A DNA stretch of 64,000 nucleotides. Source: the human T2T-CHM13v2.0 reference genome, Homo sapiens. Below the pieces are notes generated by a model. That model was not told where the DNA came from. It made no database searches and was given only the letters and a program-made list of their open reading frames with translations. A program made the translations under genes and the position numbers. The stretch covers positions 21,920,001 to 21,984,000 of the forward strand of contig CP068257.2 of NCBI GenBank assembly GCA_009914755.4, in the 5' to 3' direction. Every line of letters begins with the position of its first letter. The first letter of the stretch is position 1. Positions 38,431 through 51,548 of this stretch are shown here, piece after piece.

Positions 38431-39218
38431 TTAGCTTAAGCATCTAAATGTCTGATGCAAAAACATCAGAAAATGCAGACATTGGACAATTTGATTCAGT
38501 GTGCCTAGAAAAGAGGAGAATACTGTGAGCAATTCTAATGATTCAATACATGATTCTCCCACTTAAGAAAACAAATAATGTTCATACAGTGTCATAAATG
38601 CTTTAATGGATAATTACACAACAGGTCCTTGAAACTTGAGACCAAGTTATCTGGGGAGAGGGCATCATGATATTTAAGCTGGATTATAAAGAATGAACAG
38701 GAATATATTGAAGCAATGAAATGAGAAGCTATGTGCTAGGAAGCAGTCTGTGAAAGGCAGGGAAAACAGGACCTGTGACACATTTGCAAAGGCTCAACTT
38801 GCTAATTATGACAAAGTAAGTGATTTGAAAGTCAGCAGTGGGAAGATGTGCTGGGCGGGAGACGGCAACCACAAGGTCATGAATGGTCTTACCAAGCACA
38901 GGTATTTAGGCTTTTCATCTTGGCCTGAGGAGCGCTCCAACTTCTTCAAGCAGAAAATAATTACATGGTTGGAAAATGTGGGACAAAAGAGGTGTGAGTC
39001 ATCAGACAAGGATATACTTCAAGGGGTGCAACAAAGGCTATGATTACTATCTGTCTTACCTCATTCAAGTCTGTTTATCGTAGAGGAATTACAAGGACTC
39101 TGCAAGGGACTGACATGCTAAGTGTTCAATAGCTATTGACTCTATAGTGCCACTTATGAAGCATATTGAACTAGATAACTAGATGTTTCTCTTTTCTCAT
39201 ATGTTGGAGCTTCCCTAA

Positions 39219-39522
<304 letters not shown>

Positions 39523-41515
39523 TGAGCTTGGCTAACTTTTGATGCTCTCTCATCCTGCTTATGACTGAGGAAATGGATGATTTATAACAGGGGAAATGGG
39601 TAATTTTTTTAGAACTTAATTTTCTTAACTATTTTAAGTACGAGGGACTGAACACCTTTATCACTGCAGTGCCAGTGCAGAGGAATCATAGTCAGCTTCT
39701 CTAAATACAGGGTTTTCCTCTGTAAAACTACCTACCAGTTGGCCAGAGTATGATCAGAAATGACACGGTAGTTGGCAAAACAGCCTCTTCACTATCCATA
39801 TGTGTTGCCCGATCTCTTAAGTCATTTTAAGGTTCAGTCAAGAGTCAAGGCAAGAATTTTAAAGAAGTTATGAGACTAAGACCTATTATTAATTTAACAG
39901 GAAATATTTTTAGTAGATTTAGAAAACTGGCCTGGAAAAATGTGACTCAGTTTTAAATGGATTCAAATTGTGATTTCGCTTAGGAAAATTTTGTTTCAAG
40001 AATGGCTCAAATAAAGGTTAAAAAACTACTTTTCACAAGAAGAACATTTTATATAGTTTTGTTGTTGTTGTGCTATAATATATAAAGGCATCATCTTAAT
40101 ATTTTCTTGGTCATTGCAAATCCTAAAGAACATAAAAAATTTCTGGAAGAATGTGGGGAAAATAGCAACACAGATTTCTCAGCAATATTTTTTTAAAATC
40201 TTAATGAGGAATGTAGTTTTCAGTTTTTCACAATATCCAGTTAGCTTATAACTAGCAATAACCGTTGTTCTGATACTCATTTAGTTTAACATTCAGTGTT
40301 ATAGCTTCATTTTATAGTTGAGGTTAAGTGCACACATCTTGAGAAAAAAAATACAGAAAATACAGCTAATACACTGATTTTTTTTTTTGCAAAGCAAATA
40401 TCTTGCCTTGCTTTCTCTCTTAAACACACTGAAGTTCTAGAAGAGATTTGAAAGCATTTTATTCCATTCATAGGAGATCAAAAATAAAAGAGAGTTATAC
40501 CTTTTGGAAATGTAATGAAGCACTACGTTGTTCATTGTTCCAGTATGTTGAAATACTTAAGTAGCTTTTAATAATTATAAACAATTAGACATTTTTTTTT
40601 GTTTTTCATTTAACACTTCTGAGATGGCTGATATTTAGAAAATACATGCTAGGAATGATCCTATGCAATTTCAGGTATTTCTCTGATAGATAACTCAGTC
40701 CATAACCTAGTAACACTCAGTCTAATACATTGAGGTAGAAGAAATAAGAAAACAGCTCAATAGAGCAAGATAATAATAGATTTAGCCTTGGATTTCCAGC
40801 CTAATTTTTGGAAACAGATGCTCTAGCATATTTTTGTGTGTTTTTTCCCATGCCAAGCTGATCATAGCCCCTAATGGTATGACACATAAAGCACTTAAAA
40901 TACAAACACATTGTAACCCTAAATGGAAGAAGGGGATCTGATGAAAACAATCATTGTTTAGATGTTTCTCAGAAAAAGAGCTTAACATTTTTTTCAAAAT
41001 ATATTGCTATTGCTTCACTAGCAAAGAAGGTGCTAAAAATGACAACTGCAAAATTTTCTTGAACATTCTGTATCATAAAACACAATCATTTTTCCACTCT
41101 CAACTTTTTAGGAACTAAAACAAAGATCCTTGCCATCAGTTAGAATAACAGGAAATAGCAGTGCTTACAGACAGATGGCTCAATAACCTTCCTAATGAAG
41201 GTCGTCTTCTCCTTCTGGATCCTTCCCTGGACTGACTCAATAGAAAGCAAAACAATTTTCACAAGATTACAATATCCACACAATAAAATTTCCAACAAAG
41301 AACTCCAAACCTTTGACAGATATTTAATAATATAGTTTAAGTTTAAGTTCTGACTATCATTTCCACTAATACCACACTGATACAGGCAACCATTGCCTCA
41401 CATATTGATCATCATAATAGGCTTCAGGCATTTTCTCACTCCAAAATATTGTTTAAATTATTTTTGACTAATTTTCATTAAATATTGTATTCAATACATA
41501 ATTTCTTTATGTTCT

Positions 41516-42354
41516 TGATATGGTTAAGGTCTGTATCTCCACCCAGTTCTCATCTTGAATTGTACTCCCGTAAATCTCATGTGTTGTTGGAGAGACCCCG
41601 TGGGAGATCATTGAATCATGGGGGCAGTTTTTCCATACTGTTCTCATGATAGTGAATAAGTCTCACGAGATCTGATGGTTTCACCAGGGGTTTCTGCTTT
41701 TGCATCTTCCTCATTCTCTCTTTGCCTGCTGCCATCCATGTAAGACAGAACTCGCTCCCCACAGTAAATTGGTGCCAGAAGTGGGGTGTTGCTTAAAAGA
41801 TAACCAAAAATGTGGAAGCGACTTTGGAACTGAGTAACACGCAGAGGTTGGAACAGTTTGGAGGGCTCAGAAGAAGACAGAAAAATATGGGAAAGTTTGA
41901 AATTTCCTAGAGACTTGTTGAATGGCTTTTCTCAAAATTGCTGATAGCAATGTGGACAATAAGGTTGAGGCTGAGGTGGTCTCAGATGGAGATGAGAAAA
42001 TTGTTGGGAGCTAGAGCAAAGGTGACTCTTGTTTTAGCTAAGAGACTTGTGGCATTTTATTCCTGCCCTAGAGATCTGTGGAACTTTGAACTTGAGAGAG
42101 ACGATTTAGGGTACCTGGCAGAAGAAATTTCTAAGCAGCAAAGCATTCAAGAGGTGACTGGTGTGCTGTTAAAGGCATTCCATTTTATTAGAGAGGAAAC
42201 ATAAAAGTTCAGAAAATTTACAGCCTGATCATGTGATAGAAAAGTAAATCTCTCTTACTGAGGAGAAATTTAAGCCAACTGCAGAAATTTGCACAAGTAA
42301 CGAGGAGCCAAATGTTAATCCCCAAGACAATGAGAAAAATGTCTTTAGGGCATG
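41516..42354 (+). mobile_element. THE1 (ERVL-MaLR) 5' LTR (3'-shortened), primer-binding site and start of internal region, cut off by the following L1 fragment
   Basis: LTR: TGATATGGTTAAGGTCTGTATCTCCACCCAGTTCTCATCTTGAATTGTACTCCCGTAAATCTCATGTGTTGTTGGAGAGACCCCGTGGGAGATCATTGAATCATGGGGGCAG..tctcacgagatctgatggtttcaccagggg... It is followed at 41770 by TGGTGCCAGAAGTGGGGTGTTGCTTAAAAGATAACCAAAAATGTGGAAGCGACTTTGGAACTGAGTAACACGCAGAGGTTGGAACAGTTTGGAGGGCTCAGAAGAAGACAG, which matches the THE1 internal 5' end (PBS plus leader) as I recall it. The internal sequence continues to ..gggcatgtcagaggtcttcac at 42352. Confidence 0.7.
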
Positions 42355-44725
42355 TCAGAGGTCTTCACACATATCATTATATAATAATAAGGGGATCAAT
42401 TCAGCATGAGAATACAACAATTGTAAATATGTATCCATCCAACACTGGAGTACCCAGATTCATAAAGCAAATATTATTAGATCAAAAAGAGAGATCAAAT
42501 GCAATACAGTAATAGTGGGGAACTTCAACATCCCACTCTCAGCATTAGGCAGATCATTTAGATAGAAAATCAACAAAGAAACACGGGATTTAAATTGGAC
42601 TTCAGACCAAATGGATTTAACAGACAATTACAGAACATTCTATACAAGTACTGAATACACATTCTTCTTGTCAGCACATGGAGCATTATCCAGGATAGGC
42701 CATATATTAAACCACAAAACAAGGCTCAACAAATTTAAAAAAAAAAAGAAATAATATCAAGTACTTCTCAGACCTCAATGAAATAAAAACTAAAAATCCA
42801 TATCAAGAAAAACTTTGGAAATTACACAAATACGAGAACATTAAACAACATGCTCCTGAATAACCACTGGGTCAATTGATAAGACGGAAACCAGAAAAAA
42901 ATTATTTTAACAAATGAAACTGAAAACACAACATACAAAAACCTGCATAATACAGCAAAAGTAGTGGTAAGTGAGACATTTATAACAATAAACACCCATA
43001 TCAGAAAATTTAAAGATTACAAACAAACACTCTAACAGCACACCTTAAGAAAAGTAAGAACAAACCAAATCCCGAATTAGTCAAAGCAAAGGAATAATAA
43101 AGATCAGAGCAGAAATAAATGTAATAAAGACTAATAAACCCCTCCAACGATACAATGAAAAATTGTTTCTTTGAAAAGAAAACAAATCGATAAACCACTA
43201 CTTAGACTAACCAAGAAAAGATGAGAGACGACCCAAATAAACAAAATCAGCAATGCACAAGGAGACAACACAACTGATACCAAAAAAATACAAAAGATTA
43301 TTGAGACCATTATGAAAAACTATATGCTTATAACCTGGAAAACCTAGAAGAAATGGATAAATTCCTGGAAACATACCCCATGACAAGATTGAATCTGGAA
43401 GAAACAGAAAACCTGAACAGACCAATAATGAGTAATGAGATTGAATCAGTAATAAAAAGTCTCCCAACAACAAGAAAAAAGCCCAGGACTGAAGGAATTC
43501 ATAGCTAAATTCTACTGAATGTGCAAAGAAAAATGAATACCAATGCTCCTGAAACTATTCCAAAAAATTGGAGAGGAGGAAATCCTCCCTAAGTCATTCT
43601 ATAATGCCAGAATCACCCTGATGTCAAACCAGACACAGGCACAACATAAAAAGAAACCTACAGCCCAGTATTCCTAAACACAGATGCAAAAGTGCTCAAC
43701 AAAATGCTAGTAAACTGAATCCAATAGCATATCAAAAAGATAATACACCATAACCAAATGGGATTTATACCAGGGCTGCAAGGGTGTTTCAACATATGCA
43801 AAGCAACAAAGGTGATGCATCGCACCAACAGAATGGAAGATAAAAAATATCTAATCATCACAATAGTTGCAGAAGAAAGGTTGTTCTAAAATTGAACATC
43901 TCTTCATGGTGAAAACCTCAATAAACTAGTCATGGAAGGAACACATCTCAAAATAATAAAGGCTGTCTACAACAAACCGGCAGCTAACATCACACTGAAT
44001 AGGGAAAAGTTGAGATCTTTCCTCTAAGAACTGGAACAAGATGAGGATGCTGCTTTCACCACTCCTGTTTGACACAGTACTGGAAGTTCTAGCCAGAGCA
44101 CTCAGGCAAGAGAAGGAGATGAAAACGTGAAAATTGGGAAAAAACAGTCAAATCATGCCTCTTTGGTGATAATATGATCTTATATATAGCACAATCTAAA
44201 GACTCCAAAAAGAAACTCTTAGATTTGATAAATATCAGTAAGTTGTAGAATACAAATTCAATTTACAAGATAGGTAGTATTTTATGCACCAATAATAATC
44301 TATTTGGGAAAGAAAGTAGGAAGGCAATTTCATTTATAGAACTACAAATAAAATACCTATGAATAAATTTAACCAAAGAGATGAAAAATCTTTACAAGAA
44401 CTATAAAACAGGGATCAAATAAATTGAAGATGACAAAAACAAAAGGAAAAGCATGAAATGCTCATGGATCAAAAGAATTAATATAATTAAAATGATTATG
44501 TTGCCCCAAATGATCTACAGATTCAATGCAATCTCTATCAAAATGCCAATGTCATTCTTCACTGAATTAGCAAAAACTATCCTAAACTTCATTTGGTACC
44601 CCAAAACTGCTTGAATAGCCAAAGCAACACCTATCAAAAGAGCAAAACTGGAGGCATCACATTATCTGACTTCAAAATATATTACAAAGCTAAAGTAGCA
44701 AAAACTGCCTGATACAAAACTTATC
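42355..44725 (+). mobile_element. L1 (L1P-type) ORF2 fragment, truncated at both ends
   Basis: The start parallels L1 ORF2 endonuclease nt ~230 onward (ataatggtaaagggatcaattcaacaagaagagctaactatcctaaatatatatgcacccaatacaggagcacccagattcataaagcaag..actttaacaccccactgtcaa.attagacagatcaa). Here it reads ..ataataaggggatcaattcagcatgagaatacaacaattgtaaatatgtatccatccaacactggagtacccagattcataaagcaaat..ggaacttcaacatcccactctcagcattaggcagatcatt... RT motifs follow: ..ccaggactgaaggaattcatagctaaattctac.., ..tattcctaaacacagatgcaaaagtgctcaacaaaatgctagtaaactgaatccaatagcatatcaaaaagataatacaccataaccaaatgggatttataccagggctgcaagg... The fragment ends near ..ggaggcatcacattatctgacttcaaaatatattacaaagctaaagtagcaaaaactgcctgatacaaaac, about ORF2 nt 2400. 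It is riddled with stop codons. Confidence 0.8.
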
Positions 44726-47363
44726 AGTCTACTAAAAAAGAGCTGTCTCTTCTCTTTCTTAAGGCCAGTAATTTTACTTATGCCATGTTCTCAATCACTA
44801 ATCTTTTCAGCTATAAATCATCACATTTATCTTTTAATATTCATCCTTTCTGCAAGTGAAGAACTTTCACTAATAGAAAATAAAATCCCTACTTCTAGAC
44901 TGCAGGGTTTTGAAAGAAATATAGTCTTCCCTAGAGTCTTTGGTTTTGGTTTGCATCTGAGTATTAAATATTTCCAAAAAATATCCCAACCAGATTTATT
45001 TGATGAGCATAAGACAACATATCGAGTGGCTTATTGAAGTAATCTGCACTTGCATGACTCAGACACTTCCAAAACCAGACCAATAATTTTCATTCAAAGC
45101 CTTATCCTCTCTCAGAGAATGTTAACACTATTACAGCAGAAATCTAGAAGCCATCTGTGACTATCTTCTTGTCCTTTACCTCCCAAAGAATGTGGATGAT
45201 AAAATCTAGTCATTTTTTAACTTCTAAATACCATTTAAAGCTGTCTGCTTCACTTCTATCTCCATCCTGCTTCCACTCATTTCTCCATAAATTCTAATCA
45301 GGTTTTTGCTTGCCACATTCAAAAAAACCTCTCATCAATTACTGTCATGTTTCTTAGTGGATGAAAATGACCTTCTTTCTCTTATTTGACCTTCCAGCAG
45401 ATTCAGTAATTCCTTCTTTAATAATCCTCTTCTTTAGAAATACTCTCCCTTATTGGATTACACGGCATAACTACCTTCCATTCATTATTTTTCTATCCCA
45501 TTTTCTGGCTCATCAATCTTAATTGAACTATTAAATATTTGAGTTTCATGAGGCTCTGTCATAGACATCCTTGTCTTCTTTTTCTCAGCGTGTGGCCGTA
45601 TTAATGCTTGAAGCTTCCATCTCTGCATTCATGTCTTCTCTGCCATCCTAGCTTAATTTTACCAACCTTCCTGTTTAAGTCCCATATTTAATGTTCTCAT
45701 ACTCTATGTAGCTTTCCTTCATTGCTCTTATCCCTGGCTTAATTCACACATAATTATGTTACTCTTTTTTCAATTTCTTTCTCTATAATTGCCCCCTTAG
45801 ACATAAGATCAAAAATAACATTTTTAATTTTAATTTACTTCTATTGTCTTACTTGTCATATGGAGGTGATTAATAGATATTTGGTCAATGAACAAATTAT
45901 GATTAGAATGACTCCATTATTACAATTTTGTGGCACCATTTTGAGAATAAATGATGACTCAAATATGTCTGAAACTATTTTCACAATTTCACCCCAATCC
46001 TGGTCTTCTCCCAGTGTTCCCTCACTCAGTGAACGTTATCAGCAACAAGGTAGAAAGGAAGTCTTTTCTTACTTTCGTTATGTCTAGAGAATGATTCAGT
46101 AGTTATTCAGCAGTATATTTTATTCCTTTTTAGACATGCCAATTTTGCGTTTCTGTTTATGAACCAAGCTTTACTATAACTGGTCTATTTTTTTCAGATT
46201 TAATAACCAATGAAAATCGTCACAACAGACTCATTTGAGATGTTTTCTGATCTTAAAAATTAAAGACATAAACTGAATAATTATAATACTACTGTATGGT
46301 TTGCTCAATAAGAATCTGTCTGCTTTAAAGCAAACAAGCAAACAAAAACCTATACTTTCCTCTTTTTCTCCATAGGGAAGCATACTGATTGCAATCTTTG
46401 AGTCTTATTTGAAAACTAAATTCAGTGAGCTTTTTCCTCCAAGGCTGAGAGAAAAGGATCATTTTCTTGTGACACTAAGAGAATTTAACTGGCACATTAA
46501 GCCTTCCACTCAATTCAGTGATTCTCCTCTTATATTTAGATTCTGTATGAGAATATGCCCTATATGCATTTATGATAGAATATCATATGATATTTTCATT
46601 TTAAAGCACCTTCCATCTGTTAAATCATTCAGCCTCTGGAAGTTTTAATGAATCAAATATCACATTAGCATCCTGAATGTGTATATTTTATACAGAAGTA
46701 AATTCATTTCTATTTGATGCTGAGAGAGATATTCTGTCAGAACATTTCTTTCCAAAGACAGTTTCTTTCTTTTTTATTCTTAAAACTTCACTATATGAAA
46801 TATAAAATTATTTAATAAGTCTTGTCATGTCATAGCGTAGTAACACAATACAGGACTGATGGCAAACAACGGATATTCTGTAGCCATTCAGAAAAAAAAA
46901 ACAACAAAAGATACAATTTAACTCCTTTTAAAATGCAGTCACTTAAGATAATGGCATTAATCAATATATTACCCCCTGACAAAATAAAATTTACTCAAAG
47001 AAAAATTATGTGACAATTTTTTAAATCAAGTTCTGACTTGATAATTTATTGTGTTATACACCATTGAAAACTTCTATAATAAAGCACACAGATTTTAATT
47101 TAAGATGTAGCACATTATTAAATACTATTTTAAGTATAATACTCGGTTTATTATTCTATGACTACATATGATTTCCTGAAATCAAATTGGTTAGATTATC
47201 ACTAATATAGTTTGAAATATAAATGACAGCTAAGCATACTAAGAACTACGTGGCCAATAAGAGTTTAAAAGCACATAGACAATAAGCCTGCCCATCTTGA
47301 ATTATTTTGATAATTTATTTTCAATAATACCATACTGACTTATATAAGTTGAATTGTGTACTC

Positions 47364-48106
<743 letters not shown>

Positions 48107-48457
48107 ACCATGAAGCAGTTTTTGTTTGCTGAATATATCACTTCTGTTACTTTTAGAGCCTATTTCTATACCTTGAAATAAATGTTCACTCAAGAAAATA
48201 AGACATATTATAAGGTAAGACTCTTTATCATTATAAATAAATCATAGGCAACCAGAATTATCCAAATCAGTAGCTGTACATAGGACTCTACAATAATCAA
48301 GTGTCATAAATCATTCTGAAGAGTGAAGAATAAATTTCTTGCTAGATGGTTTACATGCTGTTTTGCTGTTTATGTATTGTGTGGTGTGTCTTTATAATAT
48401 CATAGGCAATACACATATAGAATAAACACTTTCATAATTAAAAATAATAGAAATTCT

Positions 48458-48771
48458 GGCCGAGCCCGGTGGCTCACGCCTGTAATCCCAGCACTTTGGG
48501 AGGCCGAGGCCAGTGGATCACGAGGTCAAGAGATCGAGACCATCCTGGCCAACATGGTGAAATTCCGTCTCTACTAAAAAAAATACAAAAATTAGCTGGG
48601 TGTGGTGGCGCATCCCTGTAGTCCCAGCTACTTGGGAGGCTGAGGCAGGGGAATCCCTTGAACAGGGAGGCGGAGGTTGCAGTGAGCCAAGATCACGCCA
48701 CTACACTCCAGCCTGGCTACAGAGTGAGACTGTCTCAAATAATAATAATAATAATAACAACAACAACAACA
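48458..48771 (+). mobile_element. Alu (AluS), sense, with (TAA)n(CAA)n tail and 9-bp TSD
   Basis: ggccgagcccggtggctcacgcctgtaatcccagcactttgggaggccgaggccagtggatcacgaggtcaagagatcgagaccatcctggccaacatggtgaaattccgtctctactaaaaaaaatacaaaaattagctgggtgtggtggcgcatccctgtagtcccagctacttgggaggctgaggcaggggaatcccttgaacagggaggcggaggttgcagtgagccaagatcacgccactacactccagcctggctacagagtgagactgtctcaaataataataataataataacaacaacaacaac. TSD AGAAATTCT (48449-48457 and 48772-48780). Confidence 0.95.
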
Positions 48772-48893
48772 GAAATTCTAATGTTCATCTAATTAATAAG
48801 TGACCAATTTAAAAATATACATTAATGCAAAACGCATTTATGTGAAGCAAGACAAAGCCTGTAAACACATTTTTTATTAGTTAGAAGTGTGGC

Positions 48894-49248
<355 letters not shown>

Positions 49249-51086
49249 TTATTAATTAGTCTAATCTAGTAAAGCCTTCAAATACTCCTTGACATACTTC
49301 TATTATTTAAAAACACAGTTTATATATTTACTTCTTTATTAAAAATATATTAATGCCTGTGGTGACATGTATTGGGCAAATTAACTCAAAATTTAGAGAC
49401 TAATTCCTCTAACTCAATAATTTTCCCAGTAGCACAGATAATACATGATTTACCATTGTGTAATGAAAGTTCATCTCAAAACACCAACATTATCACTCTA
49501 ACGCCACTGCTGTCTAATTAGAGCACAACCTGCATTGTTATTGCTTTAACTGAAAATCAATTTCTCAATCATTGAATTACATAAAGCCCTGAGAGGGATC
49601 ATACTTATTATCTCTGTCTTCAATTTGCTAGACTTTCCTGGGCTGTCAGTACATCTAGATTTAGAGTAAATGTTAAATGCAGTAGTTAATCTTTAAACTG
49701 TAAGGAGATCTGGCTGCTGAGATACCATCAGACATAATTCCTTTTTCCTATCACCATTGTTTTAAAGTGGGGAAGGGGAGTAATTATTGGTTGGTGTAGA
49801 GCCAATTTGTCTTTATTTTGACAAAAGAAATGAAAGCAGAGTTTCTATATCACTGTCGTAATGTAAATATATGAACAAAATAGTAAAAGGTCTAATGAAT
49901 TTTCAAAATACTATGTGTAAACCTCCTTCCTTATGATGGACAGCACACCAAGGCAGATACGGAATTTCCAGTTGATTTACTGTGGGCCACCTTTTGGTCC
50001 ATGTTTCACCCAACCAATGAAACTATTAGAGCATTTTCTAACTCCCTGAGATACAATGTTCAATCTAGAATCTGCTTATGGTCCCACGTCAGTTTCATCC
50101 TGATCCAAATTTATGCCCCTTCCATCATTGCCTCAAACCCTTCATATCCATTCCCATACATATTCTCCAGATATGTGTCTTCATTAATTAAAATTATCAA
50201 ATATTTCTTTTGGAGTGCAGCACTCTTCCTTCATAACTCACACTTCGTAACTTACCTTTAGGGGTCTGCTGAGATTTGAGTATACCTAAGGATCTATAGG
50301 TCATCTTTAGGAGCCTTAACTCGAGACTCAAGTTAAGTTACAGGTCTAAAAGTGGTAGGAGTGGGGCACGAAGAAAATCAGCACCATCTTGCTAGGTAAT
50401 TGCCTCAGAAGAGACCATTACAAGGCTACTTCTCCTGGCAAAGCTGACTCATCAGAATTTAGGGGCTCGATGCCCACAATTTTATCAAAATATACCCATG
50501 CGCCTCCATTGCAATTTGAATTATCCCATTCCTTCCCAATCAGAGCCTTCACTTTAGTAGTAGACATCCTTTGTGGTTGGGAATTTGTGTTGTAATTAAG
50601 CCACTTGCAGACTGAGATTCTAGGTTTGTTTTTCAGCAACTTCAGCTGCGGCTACAGGAGATAAGAAAAATTTTCACGGCAGACAGAGACATTTTCAAGT
50701 CATATATGCTGTGCTTGAACTGAAAATTTGAATTCCTGAACTCATCTTTTTCTTTTGCCACTTTATTGAGTGACATTAAGACCAGCTATCCAACCTCATT
50801 ATACTTATTAATTTGGCAAACGTATCGTATACAAACATAGAATCTGACCTCTTTTTTATATTTGATTTTGGGTATCCAATGGTTAAATTTTTTGCATTTC
50901 TAATGGCTGTTGCTACATCACACTACGGGCCATTGGTACTCTCTTTACTACTGGAAATACAGTCATTGGTGCCATTCAATCTAATCAGGTAGAGAAGCAA
51001 TTTGGAAACCCCAGAAGTAATCTAGAAAACTCATCCTTCAGATTCTGTTTCTCTAGAACCACTCTCAGTACTGAAATTTACATATC

Positions 51087-51548
51087 TATATTAGTCAGTA
51101 AGGATTCTCCAGAAAAATAAAACCAAAAGCTGGGTGTGTGTGCGTGTGTGTGTGCGTGTGCATGTGCACATGTGTGTGCAGAGAGAGAGAGACAGACAGA
51201 TGTTAAAGTATTGGCTTTCATATGTGTGCAGGCTTGACAAGTGTAAAATTTGCAGGGTAGACTGTCAGACTGGAGACTCAGAAAAGAGTTATGTTTTGAG
51301 TCCCAAAGAAGTTGCTTGGCAGAATTTCTCCTTGCTTAAAAAGGTCAGATTTTTCTATTAAGACCTTCAACTGATTGGATGAGGCCCACTCACATTGTGG
51401 AGGATAATCTGTACTCAAAATCTAATGATTTAAACATTGATCACATTTTAAAATATCTGCGTGAAAACATCTAGAATAATGTTTGACAAAACACCTGTGT
51501 ATACCATGACCTAGGCATGTTGATGCATAAAATTAAGCATAACATCAG
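51087..51548 (+). mobile_element. ERV-derived LTR of the TGTATTAGTCAGG..ATCACA family (subfamily not assignable by me), with an embedded (GT)n/(GA)n microsatellite
   Basis: tattagtcagtaaggattctccagaaaaataaaaccaaaa..[microsatellite]..aagtattggctttcatatgtgtgcaggcttgacaagtgtaaaatttgcagggtagactgtcagactggagactcagaaaagagttatgttttgagtcccaaagaagttgcttggcagaatttctccttgcttaaaaaggtcagatttttctattaagaccttcaactgattggatgaggcccactcacattgtggaggataatctgtactcaaaatctaatgatttaaacattgatcacattttaaaatatctgcgtgaaaacatctagaataatgtttgacaaaacacctgtgtataccatgacctaggcatgttgatgcataaaattaagcataacatcag. This parallels a common human LTR consensus I recall: tgtattagtcagggttctccagagaaacagaaccaatagg..aaggaattggctcac..tgtggaggctggcaagtccaaaatctgcagggtaggccagcaggctggagacccagggaagagttgatgttgcag..ccttcaactgattggatgaggcccacccacattatggagggtaatctgctttactcaaagtctactgatttaaatgttaatctcatctaaaaaataccttcacag.aacatctagaataatgtttgaccaaatatctgggcaccatggcccagccaagttgacacataaaattaaccatcaca. 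Confidence 0.55.
51133..51200. repeat. (GT)n with GC interruptions followed by (GA)n/(GACA)n
   Basis: gtgtgtgtgcgtgtgtgtgtgcgtgtgcatgtgcacatgtgtgtgcagagagagagagacagacag. Confidence 0.85.
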
